A DNA stretch of 64,000 bases, taken from contig CAWJJC010000002.1 in the NCBI GenBank assembly GCA_963843145.1, positions 64,001 to 128,000 of the forward strand. Direction: 5' to 3'. Under the pieces are notes generated by a model. The model saw only the letters and a list, made by a program, of their open reading frames with translations. It ran no database searches and had not been told where the DNA came from. This stretch comes from an uncultured delta proteobacterium (GTDB taxonomy: Bacteria; Desulfobacterota; RBG-13-43-22). Of this stretch, positions 1 through 12,798 are shown in pieces (position 1 is the stretch's first letter; every line of letters begins with the position of its first letter). A program made the translations under genes and the position numbers.

Positions 1-218
1 GATTGAAAAAAAGGGTCCTCCAGGCCGGGCTGTCGCCGACCATCAGTCCCCACGCCCTGCGCCACAGTTTTGCCACCCACCTGCTCAATGCCGGGGCGGA
101 CCTGCGGGTGGTTCAGGAGTTGCTGGGTCACCGGAGTTTGTCGACCACCCAAAAATATACCCATATCAGCCTGGGTAAATTAATGGAAGTTTATAAGAAG
201 TCCTTCCCGAGACCTTAA
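1..218 (+). CDS. xerC: Tyrosine recombinase XerC, C-terminal part (5' end outside the window)
   Basis: Motifs [12 protein letters not shown] and [13 protein letters not shown]; lies directly upstream of hslVU, the usual xerC position. Confidence 0.75.
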   Translation, partial: LKKRVLQAGLSPTISPHALRHSFATHLLNAGADLRVVQELLGHRSLSTTQKYTHISLGKLMEVYKKSFPRP

Positions 219-501
219 AAACGAAATAGCCAGGGATTAAGGGCCGATTAACCCAATTTTCGTGAATGGGTTTTTCCCCCGTAAGCAGCTAAAAACCGGT
301 TATCCTTTTGGCCAAAAACCACGGTATTTCACCTATCTCAGCGGTTGAAATTTTTTATTTGGGTAGCAAATCCTCGTTCGATTTTTTTCTGTTTAGGCGG
401 CCCTTTGGGCCAGGATTATTAAGGTATTAATTTTCATGGACTTTTTTGCCAATATGTAGTAAATATAAAATTTTTTTTTTAATAAGAGAAAGTTAACTAA
501 A

Positions 502-1056
502 ATGGACAATCGATCGGAAGCTGAACAAGTGTTCCACGGAACCACCATTATCGCTTTGCGGCACCAGGGGAAGGTGGTCATTGCCGGGGACGGGCAGGTC
601 ACCCTGGGTCAGACCGTGATGAAACAACGGGCCAAGAAGCTCCGGCGCATGTACCAGGACCAGATCATCGCCGGGTTTGCCGGGGCCACGGCCGATGCCT
701 TGACCTTGTTTGAGAAGCTGGAGGCCAAACTGGAACAGTACAACGGCAACCTGACCCGGGCGGCGGTGGAGATGGCCAAGGACTGGCGGACCGATAAGAT
801 CCTGCGCCGTCTGGAGGCCCTGCTGGTGGCGGCCGATCAGGAGCATATTTTGATCCTTTCCGGGAACGGGGACGTCATGGAGCCGGATGACGGGATAACG
901 GCCATCGGCTCGGGAGGCCCCTATGCCTTGGCCGCGGCCAGGGCCCTGGTGCAGTATTCCTCCCTGACCACGAAAGAGATAGCCCAGGAGGCCATGAAGA
1001 TCGCGGCCGGCCTGTGCATCTACACCAACGACCAGATCATGATGGAGGAACTCTAA
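502..1056 (+). CDS. hslV: ATP-dependent protease subunit HslV
   Basis: HGTTII N-terminal threonine, AGDGQVTLG and GSGG motifs. Confidence 0.97.
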   Translation: MDNRSEAEQVFHGTTIIALRHQGKVVIAGDGQVTLGQTVMKQRAKKLRRMYQDQIIAGFAGATADALTLFEKLEAKLEQYNGNLTRAAVEMAKDWRTDKILRRLEALLVAADQEHILILSGNGDVMEPDDGITAIGSGGPYALAAARALVQYSSLTTKEIAQEAMKIAAGLCIYTNDQIMMEEL

Positions 1057-2436
1057 GTGGTTCGGGAATACCTGACGCCTCGGGAAATTGTCTCTGAGCT
1101 GGATAAATATATCATCGGGCAGAATGAAGCCAAGCGGACCGTGGCTATTGCCCTGCGTAATCGCTGGCGAAGGCAGCAGGTCCCGGCCGAACTCCGGGAC
1201 GAAATCGCCCCCAAAAATATCATCATGATCGGTCCCACCGGGGTGGGCAAGACCGAGATCGCCCGCCGGTTGGCCCGGCTGGCGGAATCCCCTTTTTTAA
1301 AGGTGGAGGTGACCAAGTTCACCGAGGTGGGCTATGTGGGCCGGGACGTGGAATCCATGATCCGCGATCTGATCGAGCTGGCCATCAACCTGGTGAAGTC
1401 CACGGAAAAAAAGGAGGTTTTAGCCAAGGCCGAGGAAGTGGCGGAAGAACGGCTGCTCGACCTTTTGCTGCCGCCCAAATCAGTCGCCGCCAAGGACGAC
1501 CACGGGGAAAATCTGAGCAGCGCCGCCCTGCCCCCGGAAAAAACGATCGGCGAGACGTCCGCCACCAGGGAAAAGCTGCGCGTCCTGTTTCGGGACGGCA
1601 AATTGGCGGAACGCTTTGTGGACCTGGAAGTAACCCACCGGGCTATCCCGTCCATCGAGATTTTTTCCAACGCCGGGCTGGAAGAAATGGACCTGAACCT
1701 GAAGGATATGTTCGGGAATCTCTTTCCGAAGAAGACCAAACAACGCAAAATGAAGGTCCCCGAGGCCTTTCAGATCCTGGTGCAGGAGGAGTCCCAGCGG
1801 TTGATCGACATGGACAAAGTGACCGAGGAGGCTGTCCGCAAAGTGGAACAAACCGGGATTATTTTTCTGGATGAGATCGACAAAATTGCCGCCCGGGGTT
1901 CCGGCCACGGACCGGATGTCTCCCGGGAAGGGGTGCAGCGGGACCTGCTGCCCATTGTCGAAGGTTCCACGGTGACTACCAAATACGGGCTGATCCGGAC
2001 CGATCACATCCTCTTCATCGCCTCGGGGGCTTTTCACAACGCCAAACCTTCGGACCTGATTCCCGAGCTGCAGGGGCGGTTTCCGATTCGAGTGGAACTG
2101 GATACCTTATCGGAAGAGGATTTTTTCCGTATTCTGACCGAACCCCAGTCGGCCCTGACCACGCAATATAAGGAATTGATGAAAACCGAAGGGATCGACC
2201 TGGTTTTTACCCGGGAAGCGGTCGCCGAAATCGCCCGGACGGCTTTTTCGGTCAACCAGCGTACGGAAAACATCGGGGCCCGGCGTCTGCATACGGTGAT
2301 CGAAAAATTACTCCACGACCTTTCCTTCGAGGCGCCGGACATGGAAGCCCGGGAATTCGTGGTGACCGATGAGTACGTGCGGGGCAAATTGTCCGCTATC
2401 GAAAAAGATGAGGATTTCAGCCGGTACATCCTATAA
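1057..2436 (+). CDS. hslU: ATP-dependent protease ATPase subunit HslU
   Basis: GPTGVGKTE Walker A, GYVG pore loop, C-terminal RYIL. Confidence 0.97.
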   Translation: MVREYLTPREIVSELDKYIIGQNEAKRTVAIALRNRWRRQQVPAELRDEIAPKNIIMIGPTGVGKTEIARRLARLAESPFLKVEVTKFTEVGYVGRDVESMIRDLIELAINLVKSTEKKEVLAKAEEVAEERLLDLLLPPKSVAAKDDHGENLSSAALPPEKTIGETSATREKLRVLFRDGKLAERFVDLEVTHRAIPSIEIFSNAGLEEMDLNLKDMFGNLFPKKTKQRKMKVPEAFQILVQEESQRLIDMDKVTEEAVRKVEQTGIIFLDEIDKIAARGSGHGPDVSREGVQRDLLPIVEGSTVTTKYGLIRTDHILFIASGAFHNAKPSDLIPELQGRFPIRVELDTLSEEDFFRILTEPQSALTTQYKELMKTEGIDLVFTREAVAEIARTAFSVNQRTENIGARRLHTVIEKLLHDLSFEAPDMEAREFVVTDEYVRGKLSAIEKDEDFSRYIL

Positions 2437-2487
2437 ATGTTGCACGTTGCAGGTGGAAATGACCGATTTTTAGCTTTTGTTTTTGCC

Positions 2488-2564
2488 GTCATCCCGGACT
2501 CGATCCGGGATCCAGGTGACCCAAGACCCTCCCTGTCCTGGATTCCGGCGTTCGCCGGAATGAC
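2488..2564. repeat. REP-like palindromic doublet
   Basis: GTCATCCCGGACTCGATCCGGGATCCAGG ... CCTGGATTCCGGCGTTCGCCGGAATGAC; inverted pair, each half with an internal hairpin. Confidence 0.7.
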
Positions 2565-2644
2565 GACCTGACAATATGAATAAATACAGATTTGCAGGTC
2601 TTTTGGTACCGAAGCAGGTCCGGCAAGGTACTCCGAAGACCTAA

Positions 2645-3560
<916 letters not shown>

Positions 3561-3562
<2 letters not shown>

Positions 3563-3660
3563 ACGTCCAACATCGAACACTGAACATCGAACGTCGAAAT
3601 GATGAAATAAATAATACATTTTTGGACATTCGATGTTGGATGTTGGACGTTCGATGTTTA
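3561..3660. repeat. Inverted array of heptamer repeats (AACATCG-type / CGATGTT-type)
   Basis: gaacgtccaacatcgaacactgaacatcgaacgtcga ... ttcgatgttggatgttggacgttcgatgtt. Confidence 0.75.
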
Positions 3661-3686
3661 ATAAATAGTATTTATTTGGATAAATT

Positions 3687-4896
3687 ATGAATCCCAAAAC
3701 CAACGAGAATTCATTGTCCACACGGGCCGCACGGGTCCTGATGAGCACCTATGCTCAGACGCCTATCGCTCTGATTCGGGGGGAGGGCTGCCGGGTCTGG
3801 GATCAGGAGGGTCGGAGTTACCTGGATTTTTTGGGCGGCATCGCGGTGACGGCCCTGGGGCACAGCCACCCGCGGGTCGTCCAGGCCATCAGGGACCAGG
3901 CCGGCAAGATCCTCCATACTTCGAACCTGTATCTTATCGAGCCGCAAATCGCCCTGGCCGAGCAATTGATCGGACCATTCCTTTGCCCAAAAGGTTTTTT
4001 TCTGCAACAGCGGCACCGAGGCCAATGAAGCGGCCATCAAGCTGGTCCGGCGGTATGCCGCGGAGGTTTTTGGTCCGGGTAAAAAGACCATCCTCTGTAT
4101 GGATAACAGCTTTCACGGTCGGACCATGGCCTCCCTTTCGGCTACCGGTCAACGCAAGTTTCAGCAGGGATTTGAACCGTTGCTGCCCGGCTTTGTCTTT
4201 GCCCCTTTTGACGATCTAGCGGCCCTGGATCGGATCTGGGACGATTCCATCTGCGCCGTTTTGCTGGAGCCTATTCAAGGGGAAGGGGGAATTCGGGTCC
4301 CGGGATCCGATTTTTTGAAAGGAGTCCGGGAACGGTGTTGGGAGCGGAAAGCGCTGCTGATTCTGGACGAGGTGCAAACCGGCCTGGGCCGCACCGGGAC
4401 CCTCTTTGCTCACGAGCAGTTCGGGTTCGAGCCCGACCTGATGACTTTAGCCAAGGCCTTGGGCAACGGACTGCCCATCGGGGCCCTGCTGGCCACCGAC
4501 GAGGTGGCCCGGGCCTTTGTACCGGGGACCCACGCGGCCACCTTCGGCGGGAATCATCTGGTGACGGCGGCGGCCCAAGCCGTGCTGGCCGTCCTTTTGG
4601 AACCGGGATTCCTGGAGCGGGTCAGAAGGGTAGGGGGGTATTTTCAGGAGAGGTTGCAGTCGCTGGCTGGCGAATATTCCCGGGTAATAGAAGCCCGGGG
4701 ACGGGGGCTGCTCCTGGGTCTGGTTCTGGATTCACCGGGAAAACCCGTGGTGGAGGCCTGCCGGGAAAAGGGTTTTCTGATCAACTGCACCCAGGAAACG
4801 ATCCTGCGCTTTGCCCCCCCCTTGATCGTTACTCCCGCGGAAATCGATCAACTCATCGACGTCCTGCGAGGTATTTTTAAGGAGTTGGGTTTTTAA
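3687..4896 (+). CDS. argD: Acetylornithine aminotransferase, split by one frameshift near 3972
   Basis: YLDFLGGIAV in the first frame; FFCNSGTEANEAAIK, FHGRT, DEVQTG and TLAKALG in the second; removing one G from atcggac restores the frame. Confidence 0.9.
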
Positions 4897-5810
4897 TGAA
4901 ACGTGATTTCTTGCGATTGTTGGATCTTAAGGCCGGGGAAATCGAGGCGGTCTGGAACAGGGCCCGGGAGTATAAGCTGGGCCGGGTCCCAGAGGAGCCC
5001 CTCAAAGGGAAAATAGTGGGGTTGCTTTTCGAGAAACCCTCTACCCGGACCCGGGTTTCTTTTGAGGTAGCCGTGCTGCGGACCGGCGGTCAGGCCTTAT
5101 TCATTAGCTCCCGGGACACACAGTTGGCCCGCAACGAGCCGCTTAAGGATATGGCCCGGGTGCTTTCCCGCTATTTGGACTGCCTGGTGGTGCGGACCTA
5201 TTCCCAACAGACCTTGGAGGAATTGGCCCGCTATACCGATATCCCGGTGGTCAACGCCCTGAGCGACCGTTACCATCCCGCTCAAATTCTGAGCGACCTC
5301 TTCACGGTCTGGGAGCGGATCTCGGCCCTGGAGGAGGTAAAAATTGCCTGGGTAGGCGATGGGAATAATGTGGCCCATTCCTGGATGGAGGCGGCTTGCC
5401 GTTTTCCTTTTCACCTGGCCATGGCCTGTCCCCAGGGGTTTGAGCCGAAAGAGGAGGTCTGGAAGGCCTTGAAAGCCGAAGGCTGCACCCCCCGGATTTC
5501 CCTGAGCTACGATCCCCGGGAGGCCGTTCGGGAGGCCCAGGTCATCAATACCGATGTCTGGGCCAGTATGGGTCAGGAAGACCAGGCCGCCGAGCGGATT
5601 AAATTTTTCAAGTCCTTTCAGGTGAACGGGGAACTGCTTTCCCTGGCCCGGCCGGATTGCCTGGTGCTCCATTGCCTGCCGGCCCATCGCGGGGAGGAGA
5701 TCACCGAGGAGGTCCTGGAGGGGCGAAATTCGGCCGTTTTCGAACAGGCGGAAAACAAGCTTCATGTGCATAAAGCCTTACTGGAGTTTCTATTGAGAGG
5801 GGAATGGTAA
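4896..5810 (+). CDS. argF: Ornithine carbamoyltransferase
   Basis: STRTR, HPAQ, DVWASMG and HCLP motifs. Confidence 0.96.
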   Translation: MKRDFLRLLDLKAGEIEAVWNRAREYKLGRVPEEPLKGKIVGLLFEKPSTRTRVSFEVAVLRTGGQALFISSRDTQLARNEPLKDMARVLSRYLDCLVVRTYSQQTLEELARYTDIPVVNALSDRYHPAQILSDLFTVWERISALEEVKIAWVGDGNNVAHSWMEAACRFPFHLAMACPQGFEPKEEVWKALKAEGCTPRISLSYDPREAVREAQVINTDVWASMGQEDQAAERIKFFKSFQVNGELLSLARPDCLVLHCLPAHRGEEITEEVLEGRNSAVFEQAENKLHVHKALLEFLLRGEW

Positions 5811-7004
5811 ATGAAAATCGTTCTGGCCTATTCGGGGGGATTGGACACCTCGGTAATTTTAAAATGGCTTAAGGAAACCTACGAGGCTGAGGTGATCGCC
5901 TTCTCGGCCGATCTCGGGCAGGAGGAAGACTGGGAGTCCGTGAGAGACAAGGCCCTCCGAACCGGGGCCTCCAAGGTTTTTATCCAGGACCTGAAAGAGG
6001 AATTTGCGGAGGACTATGTCTTTCCGGCCTTTCGGGCCAATGCCGCCTATGAGCAGGCCTATTTGCTGGGGACCTCCCTGGCCCGCCCGATTATTGCCAA
6101 ACACCAGGTCCTGGTGGCCGAGGCCGAAGGGGCCGAAGCCGTGAGCCATGGGGCCACCGGCAAGGGCAACGACCAGGTCCGTTTCGAACTGACCTATATG
6201 GCCCTCAACCCGGCCTTAAAAATAATCGCTCCCTGGCGGGAATGGAACCTGAATTCCCGGACGGCCCTGATTGAATACGCCCGGGAAAAAGAGATTCCCA
6301 TACCGATTACGCCCGCCAGGCCCTATAGTTCCGACGCCAACCTGCTGCACATCAGCTACGAGGGCGGGATATTGGAAGACCCCTGGAGCGAACCTCCGGA
6401 GGATATGTTTCAACTGACCCAATCACCGGAAAAGGCCCCCGACCAGCCGGAGTACGTGGAGATCGCTTTCGAGGGGGGCAACCCGGCGGCGGTCAACGGG
6501 AAACCGCTCTCTCCGGCCCGTCTCCTGACCCGACTCAACCAGATCGGCGGGAAACACGGGATCGGCCGGGTGGACCTGGTCGAAAACCGCTACGTGGGCA
6601 TGAAGTGCCGGGGGGTCTATGAAACGCCGGGGGGGACCCTGATCCGGACCGCCCACCAGGCCCTGGAATCCCTGACCCTGGACCGGGAGGTGATGCACCT
6701 GCGCGATTCCCTGATCCCCCGCTACTCGGAAATGATTTACTACGGCTACTGGTTTTCGCCGGAGCGGGAACTGTTGCAGCGCCTGATCGACGAATCCCAG
6801 AAACGGGTATCCGGTTTGGTCCGGTTGAAGCTCTATAAAGGCAATGCCTTGGTGGTGGGAAGGAAATCCGCCTTCTCCCTTTACCGGGAGGATTTCGCCA
6901 CCTTCGAGGCCGATCAGGTTTACCGGCAGAAAGACGCTGAGGGTTTTATCCGCTTGAACGGCCTGCGGCTCAGAATACAATCTCTGGTCGGTCGGGATCA
7001 ATGA
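5811..7004 (+). CDS. argG: Argininosuccinate synthase
   Basis: AYSGGLDTS and [12 protein letters not shown] motifs. Confidence 0.97.
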   Translation: MKIVLAYSGGLDTSVILKWLKETYEAEVIAFSADLGQEEDWESVRDKALRTGASKVFIQDLKEEFAEDYVFPAFRANAAYEQAYLLGTSLARPIIAKHQVLVAEAEGAEAVSHGATGKGNDQVRFELTYMALNPALKIIAPWREWNLNSRTALIEYAREKEIPIPITPARPYSSDANLLHISYEGGILEDPWSEPPEDMFQLTQSPEKAPDQPEYVEIAFEGGNPAAVNGKPLSPARLLTRLNQIGGKHGIGRVDLVENRYVGMKCRGVYETPGGTLIRTAHQALESLTLDREVMHLRDSLIPRYSEMIYYGYWFSPERELLQRLIDESQKRVSGLVRLKLYKGNALVVGRKSAFSLYREDFATFEADQVYRQKDAEGFIRLNGLRLRIQSLVGRDQ

Positions 7005-8422
7005 AGAAAAAGCGGGATCGAGATAACAGCCCGGAAAAGCTGTGGGCCGGCCGGTTTTCTCAAGCCGTCGATCCCTTGGTGGAGTCTTTTACGGCCTCGA
7101 TTCCTTATGATATTCGCCTGCTGCCCTACGATATTGCCGGCAGCCTGGCCCACGTCAAGATGCTGGCCCGGCAAGGTATCCTCGCGAAAAAAAATAGCCT
7201 TCTGATCCAGAAGGGGCTTCTGGAGATTCTGGAGGAGTGGTCCCGGGGAGGGTTGACCTTCACCCTGGCCGATGAAGACGTCCACATGTTCGTAGAAAAA
7301 CAACTGACCGCCTTGATCGGGCCGGTGGGGGGGCAATTGCATACCGGTCGGAGCCGTAACGACCAGGTGGCCCTGGATCTGCGGCTGTTCCTGCGGGACC
7401 AGATCAACACCCTCCGGCAGGAGATGAAGACCCTCCAGCAAAATATCCTGGCCGCCGCCCGAAAGCATGAAGGCCTGGTCCTGCCGGGCTACACCCATCT
7501 CCAACGGGCCCAACCGGTATTGCTGGCCCATCACCTGCTGGCCTACCTGGAAATGTTCTGCCGGGACCAGGAAAGGTTAGGGGAGATCTGGAACCGGGTG
7601 AATGTGCTTCCTTTGGGCAGCGCCGCCCTGGCCGGGACGACCTTTCCCATTGACCGACTCTGGGTAGCCCGGGAACTGGGATTCCGGACGATCTCCGCCA
7701 ACAGTATGGACGCCGTCAGCGACCGGGATTTTGTCCTGGAATTCCTCTCGGCCGGGGCCATCCTGATGATGCATTTTTCCCGGCTGGCGGAAGAATTGGT
7801 CCTCTGGTCCGGGTCCGAATTTAATTTCGTGGCCATCGAGGACGCCTTTTGTACCGGCAGCAGCATCATGCCCCAGAAGAAGAACCCCGATGTGGCCGAA
7901 TTGATCCGGGGGAAGACCGGGCGGGTCTACGGAAATTTAATGGCCGCGCTGACCTTGATGAAGGGTCTTCCCCTGACCTATAACCGGGACCTCCAGGAGG
8001 ACAAGGAGCCGGTCTTTGATACCCTGGATACCCTCTTGCCCTCCACCCGATTGCTGGCCCGCATGTTTCCCCGGATTGTTTTTAAGGGGCAGGTGATGAA
8101 AAAGGCCACCGCTCAGGGATACCTCCTGGCCACCGACCTGGCGGATTACCTGGTTGGAAAAGGCCTTGATTTCCGCAACGCCCATCGGGTAGTTGGTGAA
8201 ATCGTGGCCCAGGCGCTCAAAGAGGAAAAAGAACTGCCGCAGCTCCCTTTAGACCTTTTGCAGCAATATAGCCCGGTTTTCGATGAGGATGTTTACCAGT
8301 GGTTGGACCTGGAAACGGCCCTGGCCCGCCGAAACACACCGGGAGGAACGGCTCCCGGCCAGGTGCATAAGGCCCTAAAAAACATGGAGAAGAAGCTATG
8401 CCGACCCGATTACCCCTTTTAA
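7001..8422 (+). CDS. argH: Argininosuccinate lyase
   Basis: [18 protein letters not shown] and [12 protein letters not shown] motifs. Confidence 0.97.
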   Translation: MKKKRDRDNSPEKLWAGRFSQAVDPLVESFTASIPYDIRLLPYDIAGSLAHVKMLARQGILAKKNSLLIQKGLLEILEEWSRGGLTFTLADEDVHMFVEKQLTALIGPVGGQLHTGRSRNDQVALDLRLFLRDQINTLRQEMKTLQQNILAAARKHEGLVLPGYTHLQRAQPVLLAHHLLAYLEMFCRDQERLGEIWNRVNVLPLGSAALAGTTFPIDRLWVARELGFRTISANSMDAVSDRDFVLEFLSAGAILMMHFSRLAEELVLWSGSEFNFVAIEDAFCTGSSIMPQKKNPDVAELIRGKTGRVYGNLMAALTLMKGLPLTYNRDLQEDKEPVFDTLDTLLPSTRLLARMFPRIVFKGQVMKKATAQGYLLATDLADYLVGKGLDFRNAHRVVGEIVAQALKEEKELPQLPLDLLQQYSPVFDEDVYQWLDLETALARRNTPGGTAPGQVHKALKNMEKKLCRPDYPF

Positions 8423-9483
8423 GACCTATCCTGCTGATCATGGGATTAACCCTGGCGGTACTCGTCCTGGGATCCTGCGGGAAAAAAGCCAACCCCGTGG
8501 TCCCGGTAAAATATGTTCCCAAGGGGATCGAAGGCCTGAGCTATGCGATCCAAGGGCAGTCGTTAATTGTTTCCTGGTCCGTACCTAAGCTCAATACGGA
8601 CGAAAGTCCCTTGGTCGATTTAAAGGGTTTCACCTTGCGGAGAGGGGAGTTTCCGGCCAAGGACTATTGTCTCACTTGCCCGGATGTTTTCCAAAAGAGT
8701 CTCTGGATCGATCTTAAGGGGCCCGAATCGCCGGGTATTCAAGTGGCTTCCGATCGTGTGGAAATTACCTATCAAGGGCTGGAACCCGGCCGGGTTTACC
8801 TCTACCAGGTGGCGGCCGTCAATACCCAAGGGGTTTCCAGCGAACCGTCCTCTACCCTGAAGGTGGTCTGGGAGACCCCGCTGTCGCCACCCCGGTTGAC
8901 CGACCTGAAACTGAAGAACGAAGGGGTCGAAGTCCTCTGGGACGCCCCCCAAACCTTGGTCGACGGCCGACCGGCCGAGGGAGTGGCCGGTTATTTGGTT
9001 TACCGGCAATCCGCCCCCGGGCCCTGGGAAAAGCTGACTCCCCAACCGGTAAAAGACCGGATTTTCGTCGACACCCGGGTCAAAGAAGGGGCTACGTATC
9101 GGTACCAGCTCAAAGCGGTTCGAGAGGCCCAGGGCGCTTTCTTGGAAAGCCCGGTGTCCGAAGAAAAGTCGATCGAGTTTCTCCGGGTGACCCCTCCTCC
9201 GGCAGTCCAAGAGCTGGTGGCGGTTTCCAGGCCGAAAGGGGTGCAATTGCGCTGGCAGGGGTTGGATAGCCAATTGGTCCAGGGCTATTACCTCTACCGA
9301 AGAACAGCCCAGGAAAAGACGCCTCGGCGAATTACCCCCCAGGTCGTCTCGGATACCATTTTTGAAGATGCCCAAGTTCAGCCAGGGGTTCCTTATTTTT
9401 ATTCCATCAGCGCCGTGGGAGCGGCACCCCATGCCGTCGAAGGGCCTCGTTCTCAGGAAGTTGAAATCCAATTCGTACCCTAG
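8398..9483 (+). CDS. Lipoprotein with fibronectin type III-like repeats
   Basis: Lipobox LGSC-GKKANP; three FN3-like units (W...GY.VYR...D....G..Y.Y.V.AV). Confidence 0.8.
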   Translation: MPTRLPLLRPILLIMGLTLAVLVLGSCGKKANPVVPVKYVPKGIEGLSYAIQGQSLIVSWSVPKLNTDESPLVDLKGFTLRRGEFPAKDYCLTCPDVFQKSLWIDLKGPESPGIQVASDRVEITYQGLEPGRVYLYQVAAVNTQGVSSEPSSTLKVVWETPLSPPRLTDLKLKNEGVEVLWDAPQTLVDGRPAEGVAGYLVYRQSAPGPWEKLTPQPVKDRIFVDTRVKEGATYRYQLKAVREAQGAFLESPVSEEKSIEFLRVTPPPAVQELVAVSRPKGVQLRWQGLDSQLVQGYYLYRRTAQEKTPRRITPQVVSDTIFEDAQVQPGVPYFYSISAVGAAPHAVEGPRSQEVEIQFVP

Positions 9484-9524
9484 AAACAAATTCCCAGACC
9501 GGATAAAGAAGGAAGCGGATAAGC

Positions 9525-10784
9525 ATGCATCATTTTCTCTACCGAAAGGGGACCCTTTACGCCGAAGAAGCGGCGATTCCAGCGATCGCCCGGGACGTGG
9601 GCACCCCTTTTTATTTATACAGTTCAGCCACGCTGACCCATCATTTTAAGGCCTTTGACGGGGCCTTCTCCCGGGTACCGCATCTGACCTGTTTTGCGCT
9701 GAAGGCCAACCCCAGCGGGGCGCTTCTTCGTCTCCTGGCAGGCCTGGGAAGCGGGGCGGACATTGTCTCCGGGGGGGAGTTGTACTGCGCCCTGCGGGCC
9801 GGGATTCCTCCCGAAAAGATCGTTTATTCCGGCGTCGGCAAAACCGAGGACGAGATCGCCCTCGCCTTGAAAAAAAAGATCCTGCTGCTTAACGTGGAGT
9901 CGCCGGAAGAGCTGCGGTTGATCGACCGGGTGGCCGCCCGCCTGAAGAAAAAGGCCCCCATCGCCATCCGGGTCAACCCGGATATCGACCCCCAGACCCA
10001 CCCCTATATTTCCACGGGATTGAAGAAAAATAAGTTCGGGATCAATATCCAGGAATCCATCCACCAATATCGATTGGCCCGGGAGTTGCCTCATATCGAA
10101 ATCCGGGGGGTGGACTGCCATATAGGTTCCCAATTGCTGAAGACCGATCCTTTTTTGGAGGCCGTAAAAAAATTGAAGAAATTGATTCAGCAATTGACCG
10201 AATGGGGAATTCGGATTCGCTATCTGGACCTGGGAGGAGGGCTGGGCATCACCTATGACCAGGAAGAACCTCCCCAGCCGCGGGACTACGCCCGATCCAT
10301 CATTCAGGAATTGGGCCGGGGACCGTATACCCTGATACTGGAGCCGGGCCGGGTCCTGGTCGGAAATGCCGGGATTCTAGTCACTCGGGTTTTGTATCTC
10401 AAGAAGGGGGAGGAGAAAAATTTTATTGTGGTGGACGCCGGGATGAATGACCTGCTCCGGCCGTCCCTGTACGGTTCCTTTCACCTCATTCAGCCGGTAG
10501 TCAAAAGCCGGCGCCGGAAAATTACGGCCGATGTGGTTGGCCCCATCTGTGAAAGCGGAGACTTTCTGGGAAAAGACCGGTCTTTACCTCTGCCCGAGGC
10601 CGGTGATCTGCTGGCCGTGATGAGCGCCGGAGCGTACGGTTTTTCCATGTCCAGCAACTACAATGCCCGGCCCCGGATGGCGGAAGTACTCAGTGAGGGA
10701 AAGAAATATCATGTGATTCGCCGCAGGGAAACGTACGCGAACCTGGTGGCCAGAGAACAGATCCCGGAATTTTTGAAAAAATGA
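9525..10784 (+). CDS. lysA: Diaminopimelate decarboxylase
   Basis: ALKAN PLP lysine, HIGSQ, EPGR and CESGD motifs. Confidence 0.97.
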   Translation: MHHFLYRKGTLYAEEAAIPAIARDVGTPFYLYSSATLTHHFKAFDGAFSRVPHLTCFALKANPSGALLRLLAGLGSGADIVSGGELYCALRAGIPPEKIVYSGVGKTEDEIALALKKKILLLNVESPEELRLIDRVAARLKKKAPIAIRVNPDIDPQTHPYISTGLKKNKFGINIQESIHQYRLARELPHIEIRGVDCHIGSQLLKTDPFLEAVKKLKKLIQQLTEWGIRIRYLDLGGGLGITYDQEEPPQPRDYARSIIQELGRGPYTLILEPGRVLVGNAGILVTRVLYLKKGEEKNFIVVDAGMNDLLRPSLYGSFHLIQPVVKSRRRKITADVVGPICESGDFLGKDRSLPLPEAGDLLAVMSAGAYGFSMSSNYNARPRMAEVLSEGKKYHVIRRRETYANLVAREQIPEFLKK

Positions 10785-11611
10785 CCAACAATCTACCCAT
10801 AACTAAAATGAGCGGCTCGGGGAATGATTTTATCCTCTTCGACCACCGGACCAGACAATTTGACGACGCGGCGATGGTCGGGCTGACCCGTCTTCTCTGT
10901 CGGCGGGGATTAGCGGTCGGGGCCGACGGGATGATATTTATCGAGCCTTCGGAACGATACGATTTTAAATGGCGGTTCTTCAACGCCGACGGCAGCGAAG
11001 CCGAGATGTGCGGTAACGGGGGCCGGTGCGCGGCGCGTTTTGCCCATCTGCTGGGTATGGCCGGCACCGAAATGACCTTCGAAACCCTTGCCGGTCCCAT
11101 TCAGGCCCGGGTAGCAGGCCGCGTCGTTAAACTGCAACTCCCGGTCCCCAGGGACATCCGCATGAATCAGGATATTGGGTTGGGGGACTGGCCGCATCCC
11201 GTCGATTTTATCAACACCGGGGTCCCGCACACGCTCCTCTGGGTGGAGGAGATAGATGCAGTGGATATCTCCGCGCTCGGTCCGCAAATCCGATTTCATC
11301 CCCATTTCCAACCGGCCGGGACCAACGTGAACTTTGTCCGGCGGGAGGAGGACAACACCCTTTCCTTGCGCACCTATGAGCGGGGGGTGGAGGCCGAGAC
11401 CCTGGCCTGCGGCACGGGAGCGGTGGCCGCGGCTTCCATCGCCTATCGGAGAGGGTGGCTCCGATCGCCCGTAGCGGTCCGGACCCGCGGGGGGGAGATT
11501 TTGGTGGTCCACCTAGAAGAGGATGGGAGCGGTGGGATGGGGGCCGTGTATCTGGAAGGAATGGTGACCCTGGTCTTCCGGGGAGAGGTATTCCCGGAGG
11601 TCCTGGAATAA
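10781..11611 (+). CDS. dapF: Diaminopimelate epimerase
   Basis: GNDF, MCGNG and ERGVEAETLACGTG motifs. Confidence 0.96.
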   Translation: MTNNLPITKMSGSGNDFILFDHRTRQFDDAAMVGLTRLLCRRGLAVGADGMIFIEPSERYDFKWRFFNADGSEAEMCGNGGRCAARFAHLLGMAGTEMTFETLAGPIQARVAGRVVKLQLPVPRDIRMNQDIGLGDWPHPVDFINTGVPHTLLWVEEIDAVDISALGPQIRFHPHFQPAGTNVNFVRREEDNTLSLRTYERGVEAETLACGTGAVAAASIAYRRGWLRSPVAVRTRGGEILVVHLEEDGSGGMGAVYLEGMVTLVFRGEVFPEVLE

Positions 11612-11616
11612 AGACG

Positions 11617-11942
11617 CTTCGCCTTTTTGGGTGGGTACCTCACAGATCTGGGTTGGCCGTCTGGTCTCGGCGAAAGGGTTTTCCAAAGGTACTCCGGACT
11701 TCGAACCCGGGCCTAAATTACTAATTTTATTTGAAGCAGGCCCAAACTCAGAGGCTTTTGTTGCTTCCCGGGCTGGCCCTGCCTCCGTGAAGATTTAGAA
11801 ACATAGGGGCCGGGTTAGAACCTATAAAGGCCCGCCTAGGCGGGCTGGAAAACCCTTTCGCCAAGACCAGATGGCCACGAAGGCCTGATTTCAGTCTAAT
11901 CTAACAGATATTGTGGCCACCCACCCAAAAGGGCGAACAACC
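11617..11942. repeat. ~320-nt nested-palindrome element, copy A (MITE-like)
   Basis: Terminal IR TTCGCCTTTTTGGGTGGG / CCCACCCAAAAGGGCGAA; 32-bp inner IR at 11654-11685 / 11846-11877; homologous to the reverse complement of 33750-34062. Confidence 0.85.
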
Positions 11943-11979
11943 GGAATAGAAAGTGCGAAGCGACAAAAGGAGTAAGGCG

Positions 11980-12798
11980 ATGATCAAGACCATTGTTACC
12001 GGGGCCGGCGGGAGGATGGGGGGCATAATTATCCGACTGATCCAGGAAAGTCCGGATATGGTCCTATCCGGGGCCTTGGAAAAGGAAGGACATCCCGCCG
12101 TCGGTCAGGATCTGGGCGAATGGCTGGGGCTGGGGAAAATGAATCTGCCCATCGTTTCCAAGCTTGAAAAATTGATTCCCGGAGGAGAGGTCATTATCGA
12201 TTTCACCTTTCATTCCGCTTCGATGGAACATATCCGTCTGGCCGCCGCCGGTCAAACCCCGATAGTGATCGGCAGCACCGGGTTTACCTCAGAAGAAATG
12301 GAGGAGGTCCGGCGGTTGAGCCAACAAGTCCCCTGTGTGCTGGCGCCCAACATGAGCGTGGGGGTCAATGCCTTGTTCAAAATCGTGGGGGACCTGGCCC
12401 GGATTTTAGGGGAGGGGTACGACCTGGAAATCCTCGAGGTACACCACAAAATGAAAAAAGATGCGCCCAGCGGGACCGCCTTAAAGCTGGCCCAGATTCT
12501 GGCCGAGGCCCGCTCGCTGGATCTGAATCAAGCGGCCGTCTATGCGCGCCAAGGGATCATCGGGGAACGCAAGCCGGATGAAATCGGTATCCAAACCTTC
12601 CGGGCCGGGGATATCATCGGAGAACATACGGTGCTATTCGGCGGGATGGGGGAGCGGATCGAGATCACCCATCGGGCCCACAACCGGGATACTTTTGCCC
12701 GGGGCGCCCTGCGGGCGGCCCGTTGGCTGATCGGAAAGCCGAACGGGTTGTACGACATGCAAGAGGTGCTGGGGCTTAAAGGACCGGATTATGCCTAA
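11980..12798 (+). CDS. dapB: 4-hydroxy-tetrahydrodipicolinate reductase
   Basis: GAGGRMG, IDFT and EVHHKMKKDAPSGTA motifs; AGGAG RBS before ATG 11980. Confidence 0.96.
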   Translation: MIKTIVTGAGGRMGGIIIRLIQESPDMVLSGALEKEGHPAVGQDLGEWLGLGKMNLPIVSKLEKLIPGGEVIIDFTFHSASMEHIRLAAAGQTPIVIGSTGFTSEEMEEVRRLSQQVPCVLAPNMSVGVNALFKIVGDLARILGEGYDLEILEVHHKMKKDAPSGTALKLAQILAEARSLDLNQAAVYARQGIIGERKPDEIGIQTFRAGDIIGEHTVLFGGMGERIEITHRAHNRDTFARGALRAARWLIGKPNGLYDMQEVLGLKGPDYA

